From NCBI GenBank assembly GCA_041662625.1, contig JBAZSB010000001.1:471093-535092 (forward strand): 64,000 nt of DNA. Direction: 5' to 3'. Each line of letters begins with the position of its first letter. Within the stretch, counting starts at the first letter, position 1. This document shows, piece by piece, positions 29,778-38,633 of the stretch. Under the pieces are notes generated by a model. The model did no database searches, was not told where the DNA came from, and saw only the letters and a list, made by a program, of their open reading frames with translations. The translations under genes were made by a program, and so were the position numbers. Source of the stretch: Patescibacteria group bacterium. GTDB taxonomy: Bacteria; Patescibacteriota; Patescibacteriia; Buchananbacterales; UBA6539.

Positions 29778-29985
29778 AGTTTTACTTAATTTTATTTAAG
29801 TTATTATAAATTGTGCTTTTCTAACTTATCCACATTATACCTCGAAAGAATAAAAAAAGCCAATAAAAACCGGGGTTTTATCAGCCTAAAGACTCAAATT
29901 GTCAACCTTAGCCGACTGACTAAAGAGATTTTTTCCCTAAAATAAGGGCTTTTTAGACTAATCACCCGGACCATAACTAAACCCC

Positions 29986-30582
29986 CTAAATGGCCGGGTT
30001 TTGGCCCACTTTTCCTTGAATTCTGAAACCAAGTTTGATTGCCACTAATATTGTTAAACTGGCCAGACAAATATAAAAAGGAAAGGCTAACAGAATAAAA
30101 TTTAACTGGCCAACAGCAATACAAGCCAGCAAGCCGCCAACAAAAGTCAAAACCCAGGCGCTGACCGTTTCCGTTGCCGGCTTTTGGTAAGATTTCATTG
30201 CCGTTAGCACTGCCCCAATCGCATCAACCAAAATAACTAAAAATAAAGCCACGACCGCTTCTTTGGTTAAATACCATAAAAATAAACTGACACCAACACC
30301 AATCAAAGAAATAAAATCTCTTTTCATCAAACCGCCAACGCCGTATTTGATTGCCAAAATAAAAATACACAAATCCCCTATAGCCTGCGCCCCGGTCATA
30401 ACCAAAGAATAAGACGCCCCTTCGGCAAACTGGGAGAAAAAAGAAATCAATCCCAGAATTGCCCAGATTAACCAGGAAACTCTTTGGGGTTTTGTTTTGT
30501 GCAAAAAAATATCCTTAAGGTAAGGCCCAAAAGACAACAGGATTGCTATCCCCGATAAATACCCGGCGATTTCAGTAATCAT
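29986..30582 (-). CDS. PQ-loop-like membrane protein
   Basis: PYLKDI..KTKPQRVSWLIW; about 7 TM. Confidence 0.7.
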   Translation of the reverse strand: MITEIAGYLSGIAILLSFGPYLKDIFLHKTKPQRVSWLIWAILGLISFFSQFAEGASYSLVMTGAQAIGDLCIFILAIKYGVGGLMKRDFISLIGVGVSLFLWYLTKEAVVALFLVILVDAIGAVLTAMKSYQKPATETVSAWVLTFVGGLLACIAVGQLNFILLAFPFYICLASLTILVAIKLGFRIQGKVGQNPAI

Positions 30583-30616
30583 AAATTAAGTTTTGCCAAA
30601 ATTATTTTTTCCCTAC

Positions 30617-31801
30617 CTACTCTTGTTCTGCGGCTGGCTGTTGTTCTGTCAGTTTTTTACAACTCTCCACCAAAGCCGAAGCGACCCGCTCTTTTTCTTT
30701 ATTCTCCCACTCAGTAATCTGGGTTTCCAAGGTTTTAATCTCGGCTTCCAAAGCGGTTAATTTGGCTTGCCGTTCAGCATTGGCGGCTTTGCTATTAGCC
30801 AGAACCTGGTCAACCACGCCTTTATTAATTTGCTGCTGCTTTAAAATATTAATTTCGGCTTCACTGATATCAGCCGAAGGCACGCTGGCTTCAGCTGCAC
30901 TTTGAACAAACTTAGTCGCCACTTTATACGGATCACCTAAACTTTCTACGGCCGTCAAAGCAGTTTTGGCGCCAACACTGGTTGCCTGGCCAGTTAATGT
31001 TGACTTATCAATGGCTAAATCCGAATTCGCGGGAATTAAAGCTTGAAAAGATTTTAAGCCGGAAGCAATGCTTTGCACCGCGCTGCCAGCGGAAGTCATT
31101 ATTTTACTGTAAGCGCTGCCGGCCTGGACTCCACTTTTAATTGTTGAGGTAGTTACCCAAGACAGCCGCCAAAAAGCTTTGAGCAAATTGGTTTTTTGGT
31201 TTTGGACTATCGCCTGGCGGTATTCATTCAAACCCGCCTGCATCTCATTTTCAATTTCAATATCGCGCGACAGTTCAAAAGTTTCTACTAACTTGGCAAT
31301 CATTGAATTATAAGCAGCCAGGGCTTGCTGGGCTTCATAGCTGCGATCAGTCGGCTCAATTGCGTTATCAATATCAGAATATTTTTTCCAGTCCGCATCA
31401 ACTTCATCTTCTTCATCGGCGTCGGTATCAGCATCGGAATCAGCTAAGCAGCCTTCTTTGTCTGCAGTATAACCACTATCACAATAATTGCAGGTGTAGT
31501 CATCCATGTAGCCATTAGCACCCTGGCAACGGCTGGCAAAATCAGCGCTGGCCGTCTTTAACCATTTATCATACTCTTCCTGGACATATTTATCTGCTTC
31601 TTTTTTACTCATGCCGATTTCATCGCAATACTGGCCGTGAAAAGCGCATTTACAGTACTGAAAACTAATCTGAATACCGCAAAACTCGTCTTTGATGTCG
31701 GGTTTTTCAAAATCCTCAGTCCGGCTGACACCCTCGGGTTTGATACCGCAGCCGGCTAAAAATAAGATTAAAACTGCACTGACCAAAATTAATCTTCTCA
31801 T
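30617..31801 (-). CDS. Lipoprotein with Cys-rich N-terminus and coiled coil
   Basis: LAGC lipobox; CKCAFH motif. Confidence 0.7.
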   Translation of the reverse strand: MRRLILVSAVLILFLAGCGIKPEGVSRTEDFEKPDIKDEFCGIQISFQYCKCAFHGQYCDEIGMSKKEADKYVQEEYDKWLKTASADFASRCQGANGYMDDYTCNYCDSGYTADKEGCLADSDADTDADEEDEVDADWKKYSDIDNAIEPTDRSYEAQQALAAYNSMIAKLVETFELSRDIEIENEMQAGLNEYRQAIVQNQKTNLLKAFWRLSWVTTSTIKSGVQAGSAYSKIMTSAGSAVQSIASGLKSFQALIPANSDLAIDKSTLTGQATSVGAKTALTAVESLGDPYKVATKFVQSAAEASVPSADISEAEINILKQQQINKGVVDQVLANSKAANAERQAKLTALEAEIKTLETQITEWENKEKERVASALVESCKKLTEQQPAAEQE

Positions 31802-31885
31802 AGGCTTAAAAGTAAATTATTATATTTTCAGTATATCAAAAAACACCCTTAGGATAAAGGGAGTTTTGGGACAGGCAGCTTTATT

Positions 31886-32068
31886 TTATTTTTTACCAAA
31901 CTTATTATCAATCTTTGCTTTAATCTTTTTCCGTCTTTCGTATCTCTTACCCCAGTTATAGTCATCGATTTTTCTTTCCAGTATTACAACAATTATTCCA
32001 ATACCTAAACCTGCTGCCAAAAGTAATCCTAAAAATCTATATATTCCTTGTAATTGTGGATCAACCAT
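31886..32068 (-). CDS. Small single-TM protein
   Basis: Hydrophobic helix and basic tail. Confidence 0.45.
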   Translation of the reverse strand: MVDPQLQGIYRFLGLLLAAGLGIGIIVVILERKIDDYNWGKRYERRKKIKAKIDNKFGKK

Positions 32069-32127
32069 ATTATTTAATTAATTTTATTTAGCAAGTGAAC
32101 TGGCTAGCCGCCTTAAATGAAGCACCA

Positions 32128-32931
32128 TTAACTACCCCATTCATTTCTTAAGTAATTTTGTATGATTTTAAAATCGCTACCAGCTAATTTTTTTAGATAT
32201 TCTTCAAATTTTGTAAAATCAACCACATCTATAAGAAAATATTCATTGTGCTCTTGGCTCCCATTGGTAATATAACTATAGTTAACCTCTAGCTCAAAAT
32301 AATTATCCTCAAGCTTAGAATATTTATCTTCTCCAATATTTATTCTGAATATTTTTTCAAAATTATTACAGAGTATGATTGGATAATGTATAACTTCTTG
32401 CTTGTATCTTTCTCTAATCGGTTTTGGATTTATGGAAAATCCACCACGATTTTTGTAATAAACCATCCCATTTAAAGTTTGATTAAGTGCTCTGTAAAAT
32501 TCTTCATTTTCGTGTAGCTTTTGTAAGCTAGCACTTGATGAAAATAATTTAGCTACCTTTTTATCTTCAAAATGATGGTGCTGATCTATAGTTATATTGT
32601 CTTTGTGATGCGGTAAACATGTGTTGTTCACTATCATATCTTCTGCTGCATTTGTGTTCTTATTATCAAACCAAAAAACAATACTATTGTTAATATACTT
32701 ACATTCTATAAATAATTGAATTATTAAAAATCCATATCGCTGTTCCCATTCTATGACATCCAGTCTTTTTTCAGCAATAATATCAATTTCACGCGGTTTA
32801 GCGGTTTGGTTATCATTATAGTACGGACTAACCAATATATACCATCCTAAACTTCTAAGAAATGTTATCACTTGGGAATGCAAAGTATTTCCACTATTAT
32901 CAATTATTTTTTGAATGCCGTTTATTGTCAT
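32128..32931 (-). CDS. PD-(D/E)XK restriction-endonuclease-like protein
   Basis: REIDIIAEK...IECK; very AT-rich. Confidence 0.65.
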   Translation of the reverse strand: MTINGIQKIIDNSGNTLHSQVITFLRSLGWYILVSPYYNDNQTAKPREIDIIAEKRLDVIEWEQRYGFLIIQLFIECKYINNSIVFWFDNKNTNAAEDMIVNNTCLPHHKDNITIDQHHHFEDKKVAKLFSSSASLQKLHENEEFYRALNQTLNGMVYYKNRGGFSINPKPIRERYKQEVIHYPIILCNNFEKIFRINIGEDKYSKLEDNYFELEVNYSYITNGSQEHNEYFLIDVVDFTKFEEYLKKLAGSDFKIIQNYLRNEWGS

Positions 32932-33000
32932 TTATAATTTTACAAAATTTGAAATTAGTTAATGGTATTCCACCCAGCTTATTTTATCCAAACTAGCTAA

Positions 33001-33687
33001 TTATTTATTGTTTATTGCTTTACATACGTTACCAATCTTCTTAAAGCCTGTACTACAATACCAACTGCTTCCGGCGATATAAGCATTAGCGGGAGCTACT
33101 ACTTTAACGCAATTGCTACCGACCTTCTTAAAACCATTATTACAGTACCAATTACTTCCCGCAATATACGCATTCTCTGGTGCAATTACTTTGACACAAG
33201 AATTGCTGACTTTTTTATACCCATTATTACAATACCAACTACTTCCAGCGACATAAGCATTCGCAGGGGCTACTACTTTGACACAATTATTGCCAACTTT
33301 CTTAAAACCATTATTACAGTACCAATTACTTCCCGCGATATAAGCATTTGCTGGTGCTACAACTTTAACGCAACTATTGCCTATCTTTTTGTAACCGCTG
33401 TCACAGCTAAAAGTAATTCCTGAAGTATAAGCATTATTTGGTACTTTTTTTAGCGGACAATCGTAACAATCCTTATAATAGCCACTGGGTGGATAAATTA
33501 CTCCGCCACTAGCCGGGTAAGTTGGGTACTGGCAAGGATGCCCTGCATCTCCACAGGTATACGAACCCGAATCGGATGGACAAGAATGCCAACGATGGCA
33601 ACCTGACTGGTGTGCCTCAGCTGGCGTAAACAAAAAAGGAATACAAAATATTCCCAAAAAACTAAGCAAAAAGATAATTTTTCTCAT
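33001..33687 (-). CDS. Secreted Cys-rich protein with 29-aa tandem repeats
   Basis: Signal peptide AEA|HQSGCHRWHSC; (CxxG[YF]KKxxxxCVKVxAPxNAYxAGSxWY) about 4.6 times. Confidence 0.8.
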   Translation of the reverse strand: MRKIIFLLSFLGIFCIPFLFTPAEAHQSGCHRWHSCPSDSGSYTCGDAGHPCQYPTYPASGGVIYPPSGYYKDCYDCPLKKVPNNAYTSGITFSCDSGYKKIGNSCVKVVAPANAYIAGSNWYCNNGFKKVGNNCVKVVAPANAYVAGSSWYCNNGYKKVSNSCVKVIAPENAYIAGSNWYCNNGFKKVGSNCVKVVAPANAYIAGSSWYCSTGFKKIGNVCKAINNK

Positions 33688-33749
33688 ACGCTATGTTGAT
33701 TATTTTACCCCTTAATTTTCCCTCTTTTTCGCTAATTTGTCAAAAAAAG

Positions 33750-33786
33750 AGATTCTTCCCCCGACTTTGCCGGGGTCAGAATGACA
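33750..33786. repeat. REP-like element
   Basis: GATTCTT-CCCCG..CGGGG-TCAGAATGAC; same AGAATGAC end as 36743-36809. Confidence 0.55.
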
Positions 33787-33875
33787 AAGTAAAACTAAAA
33801 AAGCCGGCTTAGGGCCGGATATTGACAGATATTTCAAATCTGCTAAAATAAAATCATTCACTACGAAAAAGACCC

Positions 33876-34403
33876 TTATAAGGTTCCGTCCTTATCGGGG
33901 GCTTTTTCATATCTGGCAGCTAAAATTGACTGCTGATTATTAATATAGGCGATCTTGGCTCCGGTTCTTTTTAAAAGGACGGAACATTTTTCTTCAACAC
34001 TTGGCGATAATATGGTTAAAATTTTATTTTTTATTAATAAAAATTTTATTAAACTTGAATAATCACCGTCGCTGGTCACAATAACTGCCTTTTCAAAATT
34101 ATTCTCAAATGCGTCGCATACCACTTGCAATACCAAATCGGCGTCACAATTCCCTTTTGGTTTACCGGAGCCATCATATATTACTTCCTTAAAAATCAAA
34201 GTGAATCCTGATTTTTGCAAATAAATATACAAATCTTTATATTCTGGTATCAAGCCGATGAAAATATAGGCTCGTTTTACTCCATATTTTTCAAAAAGCC
34301 AGACCCGAAATTTTACATAATCAAGTTTCCAGCCTGATTCTTTAATAGCCTTATGCAAGTTAGCCCCATCAATAAAGGCATAATTGTTTTCTTTTTGATA
34401 CAT
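33876..34403 (-). CDS. NYN/LabA (PIN-like) domain protein
   Basis: AFIDGANL, KGNCDADLV, IVTSDGDY. Confidence 0.88.
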   Translation of the reverse strand: MYQKENNYAFIDGANLHKAIKESGWKLDYVKFRVWLFEKYGVKRAYIFIGLIPEYKDLYIYLQKSGFTLIFKEVIYDGSGKPKGNCDADLVLQVVCDAFENNFEKAVIVTSDGDYSSLIKFLLIKNKILTILSPSVEEKCSVLLKRTGAKIAYINNQQSILAARYEKAPDKDGTL

Positions 34404-34579
34404 AAAAAGCGCCAAAAAGCGCTATGTTTATCTCGCCGTAGCCCCAAAGCGTAGTCGAAGGGCGGAGGCGGATTGATTACTATATTTAATTTACAAGTTT
34501 ATAGTATTACATCTGGTAAACCTTGTCAAACAAAAAGCCCGCCTGAAGCGGGCTGGATGAATGGCTTAGAATTACAGGG

Positions 34580-34765
34580 TTACTTATCGTTAAAACTGTT
34601 AAAGCATTTTTTACAATACTGCAATTTATTTTTTATTTTACCTTCCTGGGTAATTTCAAACAACTCATAAGATTCTTTGCCGCAGTTTTGGCAATATCTT
34701 GATTCCCCGGTTATAAACTTCCTGACCCCCCTTAGTTTTACCTTGGCCGCCTTTATCTTTTCCAT
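34580..34765 (-). CDS. Small zinc-finger-like protein
   Basis: CQNC...CKKC. Confidence 0.5.
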   Translation of the reverse strand: MEKIKAAKVKLRGVRKFITGESRYCQNCGKESYELFEITQEGKIKNKLQYCKKCFNSFNDK

Positions 34766-34778
34766 ATTATTGTCTTGA

Positions 34779-35303
34779 TTATTTTCTTTTTTTAGTCTTC
34801 AATTTCTTGGCCGCCGGTTTGCTTTTTTTGCTCTCTTTTGTTGCCAAGGCTTTCTTTACTTCTTTAGCAGCCGGCAGAGAAGCGGTCGGGTTTAAAGCTT
34901 GTAAAATCTTATCAAGTTTGGCGTTTAAAATTTCAAACTGTTGCCTGGTTTGATCCGGGGCTTTAGGGGAAGAAGAACTGCTCCCTTTGCTAAAACAGTT
35001 GCTGCAGTATACTGGCTTATCACCCGAGGGCCGGAAAGGCACTTCACATTTATTGCCGCATTTGGCACAGGTAGCCTGATACATTCTTTTATCTCTGTCT
35101 CTGCCACCCGGTCGGTTAAAATCCCGCCGTGGCCCCTGCTGTTGCTGACGCCGGTTTTTGAAGCAATCATTGCAGTAAACTGGTTTGTCGCCAGAAGGTC
35201 GAAAAGGCACTTCGCAGGCATTGCCGCAAGCAGCACAAGTAGCCTGATATTTGGCCTGGGAGTCTTTATGGTCGAATTCTTTGGTTTTGTTGAAAAGTTT
35301 CAT
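34779..35303 (-). CDS. CxxC-x17-CxxC domain protein (two copies)
   Basis: YQATCxxCGxxCEVPFRPSGDKPVYCxxCF twice. Confidence 0.9.
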   Translation of the reverse strand: MKLFNKTKEFDHKDSQAKYQATCAACGNACEVPFRPSGDKPVYCNDCFKNRRQQQQGPRRDFNRPGGRDRDKRMYQATCAKCGNKCEVPFRPSGDKPVYCSNCFSKGSSSSSPKAPDQTRQQFEILNAKLDKILQALNPTASLPAAKEVKKALATKESKKSKPAAKKLKTKKRK

Positions 35304-35459
35304 ATTTTTTTTCTTACCTTGATTTAATCTACTTTTTTAAGTATCCCACATCCTGGAACAAAAGTCAATTTTGAATCAAACAAAAAATAGCCGGGTAAAC
35401 CAGCTGTTTTTGGACAAAGCCGCGTCGTTTGCGAACGGCGTGACAAGGCTCGCTTTGGG

Positions 35460-35798
35460 CTAACAACTACATTTTGCCTTTCTTGCCACTTTTAATAATT
35501 TAATAATCTGCTCCTCATTGATATCTTTCAATGAATATATTTTTATGTGCCGCATTGTCTTACCATTTCCTTCAAACAAATCTAATTCTTTTTTTGATAA
35601 ACCGCGGGTAGCAAATCCTATATTAACATGATCCTTTAAGGCAACAACATAATATTTCTTTCCATACCAGGGCACACCTACCCAAATCTTCTCTTTAACT
35701 TTCGGCAATGCTTTCGTTATAATCTTATGCAATTTCTGACAAATTTCTTTTTGCGGTGATTTTTGTTTTTTGATATAATTGTTGATTTCTTGATTCAT
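35460..35798 (-). CDS. DUF1801 (YdhG-like) protein
   Basis: INNYI..EKIWVGVPWY..HVNIGF..GKTMRHIK. Confidence 0.8.
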   Translation of the reverse strand: MNQEINNYIKKQKSPQKEICQKLHKIITKALPKVKEKIWVGVPWYGKKYYVVALKDHVNIGFATRGLSKKELDLFEGNGKTMRHIKIYSLKDINEEQIIKLLKVARKAKCSC

Positions 35799-35820
35799 AA
35801 GTGAGTAATGTTTAATGTGT

Positions 35821-36264
35821 TTATTCTAGCTTAGCGATTTTAGCAAAGATAAAACATGTCCCACTTATAAATAAAAAATGAACTATTCCTATAATTGTAC
35901 CGCCAAAAAATGTAGAGTGCGGAAAAGTGAAATAATAATATATTCCGAAAATAACAGTTCCTAGTATGCCAATTATAATTGACTTTAAAATCGATTTTAT
36001 ATTTTTTTTAAAAGTAAAAATATAGACCAAGAAGAAGACAAGGGAAACAACAATACTTTTAGTAAAACCATAATAGGTTGGCGCTAAATAAGATTCGTAC
36101 ACAAAACCAGGATCTTTGTCATACAATAAAGGATCCAGTATAAACCTATGCCCGATATATAGTTCCAAAATGCCCACTAAAAATCCGGCAGCGATAGAAT
36201 AAAAAAATAATTTAAGAGTAAATAATCCTAGTCTTTCATTTACCATATTTTTTTTAATTAACAA
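35821..36264 (-). CDS. Membrane protein
   Basis: 4 TM. Confidence 0.65.
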   Translation of the reverse strand: MLIKKNMVNERLGLFTLKLFFYSIAAGFLVGILELYIGHRFILDPLLYDKDPGFVYESYLAPTYYGFTKSIVVSLVFFLVYIFTFKKNIKSILKSIIIGILGTVIFGIYYYFTFPHSTFFGGTIIGIVHFLFISGTCFIFAKIAKLE

Positions 36265-36598
36265 TTATTTTTCCTTTCATGTTTGAATGAATGGCGCAAA
36301 CATAGTCGTAAGTGCCCACATTATCAAATTTAAACTCAAAGGAATCTCCCCGATTTAAATTGTTAGAATTAAATGTGTCCGATTTGATTTTGTGGACTAC
36401 TGAATCCTCATTGGTCCAAATTACAGTCGTGCCTTTGGCGATAGACAAAACCGCCGGGTTAAAAGAAAAATTTTGAATGACAATGTTATTGCCTGTCGTA
36501 ACGGGCTGACCCTGATTGATTGGCTGAGCGCTTTGTTGGGCGCAACCAGCTAAGATCAAACTTAAACCCAAGAAGGCGAATGGAAGTATTTTTTTCAT
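36254..36598 (-). CDS. Cupredoxin (plastocyanin-like) lipoprotein
   Basis: LAGC; FSFNP, WTNED..H, YxCAIHSNMKG type-1 Cu ligands. Confidence 0.9.
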   Translation of the reverse strand: MKKILPFAFLGLSLILAGCAQQSAQPINQGQPVTTGNNIVIQNFSFNPAVLSIAKGTTVIWTNEDSVVHKIKSDTFNSNNLNRGDSFEFKFDNVGTYDYVCAIHSNMKGKIIVN

Positions 36599-36665
36599 AT
36601 TTTTTGTTAATCTTTAGTTATTTTTATTATACCAAAAAACCGCCTACTCGGCGATTTTTTGTCCA

Positions 36666-36736
36666 CAGGGGTGGAAGGAATCGAACCCTCGTATCCGGTT
36701 TTGGAGACCGACGTTCTACCACTGAACTACACCCCC
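36666..36736 (-). tRNA. tRNA-Trp(CCA), no encoded CCA end
   Basis: GGGGGTGTAGTTCAGTGGTAGAACGTCGGTCTCCAAAACCGG...GGTTCGATTCC. Confidence 0.95.
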
Positions 36737-36742
36737 ATAAAA

Positions 36743-36809
36743 GTCATCCCGAACTCGGTTCGGGATCTCATAAAATATTTAAGAGATTCTGAAACAAGTT
36801 CAGAATGAC
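36743..36809. repeat. REP-like paired-hairpin element
   Basis: GTCATCCCGAAC..TTCGGGATCTC...GAGATTCTGAA..TTCAGAATGAC. Confidence 0.65.
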
Positions 36810-36819
36810 AATAAGAGTA

Positions 36820-36975
36820 TTACTTTGTTTCTTTATGCACGGTATGTTTTTTGCAGTGCCGACAGAATTTATTTAATTCCAGCCGGGTTTTAAGAGTTTT
36901 TTTATTTTTTTTGGAAAAATAATTGACTCTTTTACATTCCTTGCACTCTAATCGAATCAAGTTGTCCTGGGACAT
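36820..36975 (-). CDS. rpmG: 50S ribosomal protein L33 (Zn-binding type)
   Basis: Manual translation [47 protein letters not shown]. Confidence 0.95.
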   Translation of the reverse strand: MSQDNLIRLECKECKRVNYFSKKNKKTLKTRLELNKFCRHCKKHTVHKETK

Positions 36976-36978
36976 AAA

Positions 36979-37084
36979 TTTAACAGGTTAACAATTAACA
37001 ATTAACAATTAACTTGAATTGCTAAACTGATAATTGATAACTATGATTAATAGTTAATTATTAATAGTTAATAGTTAATTGTTT
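36979..37084. repeat. Inverted heptamer arrays (TAACAAT)n/(AATWGTT)n with no gene between them
   Basis: Read directly from sequence. Confidence 0.75.
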
Positions 37085-37088
37085 GAAG

Positions 37089-37164
37089 TGGAGCCAACGG
37101 TCGGATTCGGACCGACGACCTACAGTTTACAAAACTGTTGCTCTACCAACTGAGCTACGTTGGC
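37089..37164 (-). tRNA. tRNA-Thr(TGT), T-loop TCCGAAT
   Basis: GCCAACGTAGCTCAGTTGGTAGAGCAACAGTTTTGTAAACTGT...GTTGGCTCCA. Confidence 0.95.
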
Positions 37165-37249
37165 TGGTGGGTGGAGCAGGATTCGAACCTACGTAGGCAA
37201 AGCCAGCTGATTTACAGTCAGCCCTCGTTGACCACTTGAGTATCCACCC
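37165..37249 (-). tRNA. tRNA-Tyr(GTA)
   Basis: GGGTGGATACTCAAGTGG...GCTGACTGTAAATCAGC, long variable arm, TTCGAAT, CCA. Confidence 0.96.
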
Positions 37250-37269
37250 ATATATACAACATTTGACAG

Positions 37270-37626
37270 TTAACATTTAACAATTAACGACTTGGAAAAA
37301 CCACCTAATTGCTTAGCAATATTTTCACAATCAATTGCTAACTTTTCAAACATCTCAATGCTTATAAGGTTATTATCTCTCATCACATCCAAACAAGCAA
37401 AAACTTCACTAACCGAGCCCAAGGCTATCTGCAGGAATCTATAAAATTCCTTATCCGACTTTTTTGCTGAACCTTCGGCAATGTTTAAGATTACAGAGAG
37501 AGCCGCTCTTCTAATCTGATCCTTTAAACTGAAATCTTTCAGGTTATCGGAGACTTTAAGTATATTTCTATAGAATTCCTTAGCTTTAATGTAAACCTCA
37601 AAGTCTAAAAAACGAAAGGTTTTCAT
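37270..37626 (-). CDS. Four-helix-bundle protein (23S rRNA IVP / Avd-like)
   Basis: F.DFEVY..A, LKDQIRRAALSVILNIAEG, F.RFLQIALGS.SE. Confidence 0.92.
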   Translation of the reverse strand: MKTFRFLDFEVYIKAKEFYRNILKVSDNLKDFSLKDQIRRAALSVILNIAEGSAKKSDKEFYRFLQIALGSVSEVFACLDVMRDNNLISIEMFEKLAIDCENIAKQLGGFSKSLIVKC

Positions 37627-37698
37627 AGCGCAAAAAATTAGTAATAAATGCGCTATGTTGAAAGCTAAATGCTAATTGTCAACTGTTAATTGTTTATC

Positions 37699-37774
37699 TG
37701 GAGCCCACTCGCGGATTTGAACCGCGGACCTACTCCTTACCATGGAGTTGCTCTACCAACTGAGCTAAGTGGGC
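37699..37774 (-). tRNA. tRNA-Thr(GGT)
   Basis: GCCCACTTAGCTCAGTTGGTAGAGCAACTCCATGGTAAGGAGT...GGTTCAAATCC..GGGCTCCA. Confidence 0.96.
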
Positions 37775-38583
37775 AAATTATCAATTTCCTCTTTTAATTC
37801 GTCTAATTTTTGGTTTAAAGGATCAGCTTTTCTTAAGCCATTAAAAACCTGTTTCGCCAGGTTTTTATTCTTTATCATTATACTGATTTTCAGTAATAAG
37901 TCAAGGAAACGCGGATTACTTGGTTCCAACTCCACGGCTTTCTGAAAACTAACGATAGCATAATTATTTCTTCCTTCAAGCTGATAAATATAACCTAAAT
38001 CGGCATAGTAGTTGGCCAATCGGTGCTTCAGACCACTAGTTTCAATATCAACTTTACTTTTACTGACTAATTTAGTTAAATGACGAAAAGTTTCCCGGGA
38101 TTTTTTATAATCTTTGTTTCTTCGGTAAACTTCAGCCAAAAATTCATAGGCTTCCAGGTTTTTTCTGTCCAACTCTAAAACGGAAATACAAACCTCTTCA
38201 ATCTTGATTAAATCTTCTTCGGCTAAATATTTTTCGGCTGACTCCAATTTTTCCTTTATCTCTTGAGTGATATCAATTGCCTTTAAGGGCGGCTTTTGGA
38301 CACTTTGCTTTTCTAATTCTTTTACTTTTTGATAAAGATCACTACCGGCTGCTGACAAAACTTCCAGCAAAGGTGCAATAACCTGGTTTAAAATATTTTT
38401 TAAATTCAAAAGAATCCGATTCAAGCGCTCAACCATAATCCTATTTTTGACCTTAGTTTCTTTTTCTTGAGCAATCGACTCAATATTAATCGCTGCCAGG
38501 CTGGGAAACTTTTTGACGGTAACAAAAATTATAATCACCAGACTAATCAAAATGATAATTAAAGGGATAATATAGAAAAGCAT
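37765..38583 (-). CDS. Membrane-anchored TPR protein
   Basis: N-terminal TM; YYADLG..FQKAVELEPSNPRFL; stop codon lies inside tRNA-Thr. Confidence 0.8.
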   Translation of the reverse strand: MLFYIIPLIIILISLVIIIFVTVKKFPSLAAINIESIAQEKETKVKNRIMVERLNRILLNLKNILNQVIAPLLEVLSAAGSDLYQKVKELEKQSVQKPPLKAIDITQEIKEKLESAEKYLAEEDLIKIEEVCISVLELDRKNLEAYEFLAEVYRRNKDYKKSRETFRHLTKLVSKSKVDIETSGLKHRLANYYADLGYIYQLEGRNNYAIVSFQKAVELEPSNPRFLDLLLKISIMIKNKNLAKQVFNGLRKADPLNQKLDELKEEIDNLPT

Positions 38584-38633
38584 AAATGTAAAAATTAAAC
38601 GGCGCAAAATTAATTGGCCGCTCAAACTTTTAG

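Noticed and set aside
36979-37084. CRISPR array
   Set aside because: Units are 7 nt with no unique spacers, and there are no cas genes. No CRISPR array was seen anywhere in the window.
37270-37626. Diversity-generating retroelement
   Set aside because: Avd-like fold only; no reverse transcriptase or TR/VR pair in the window.
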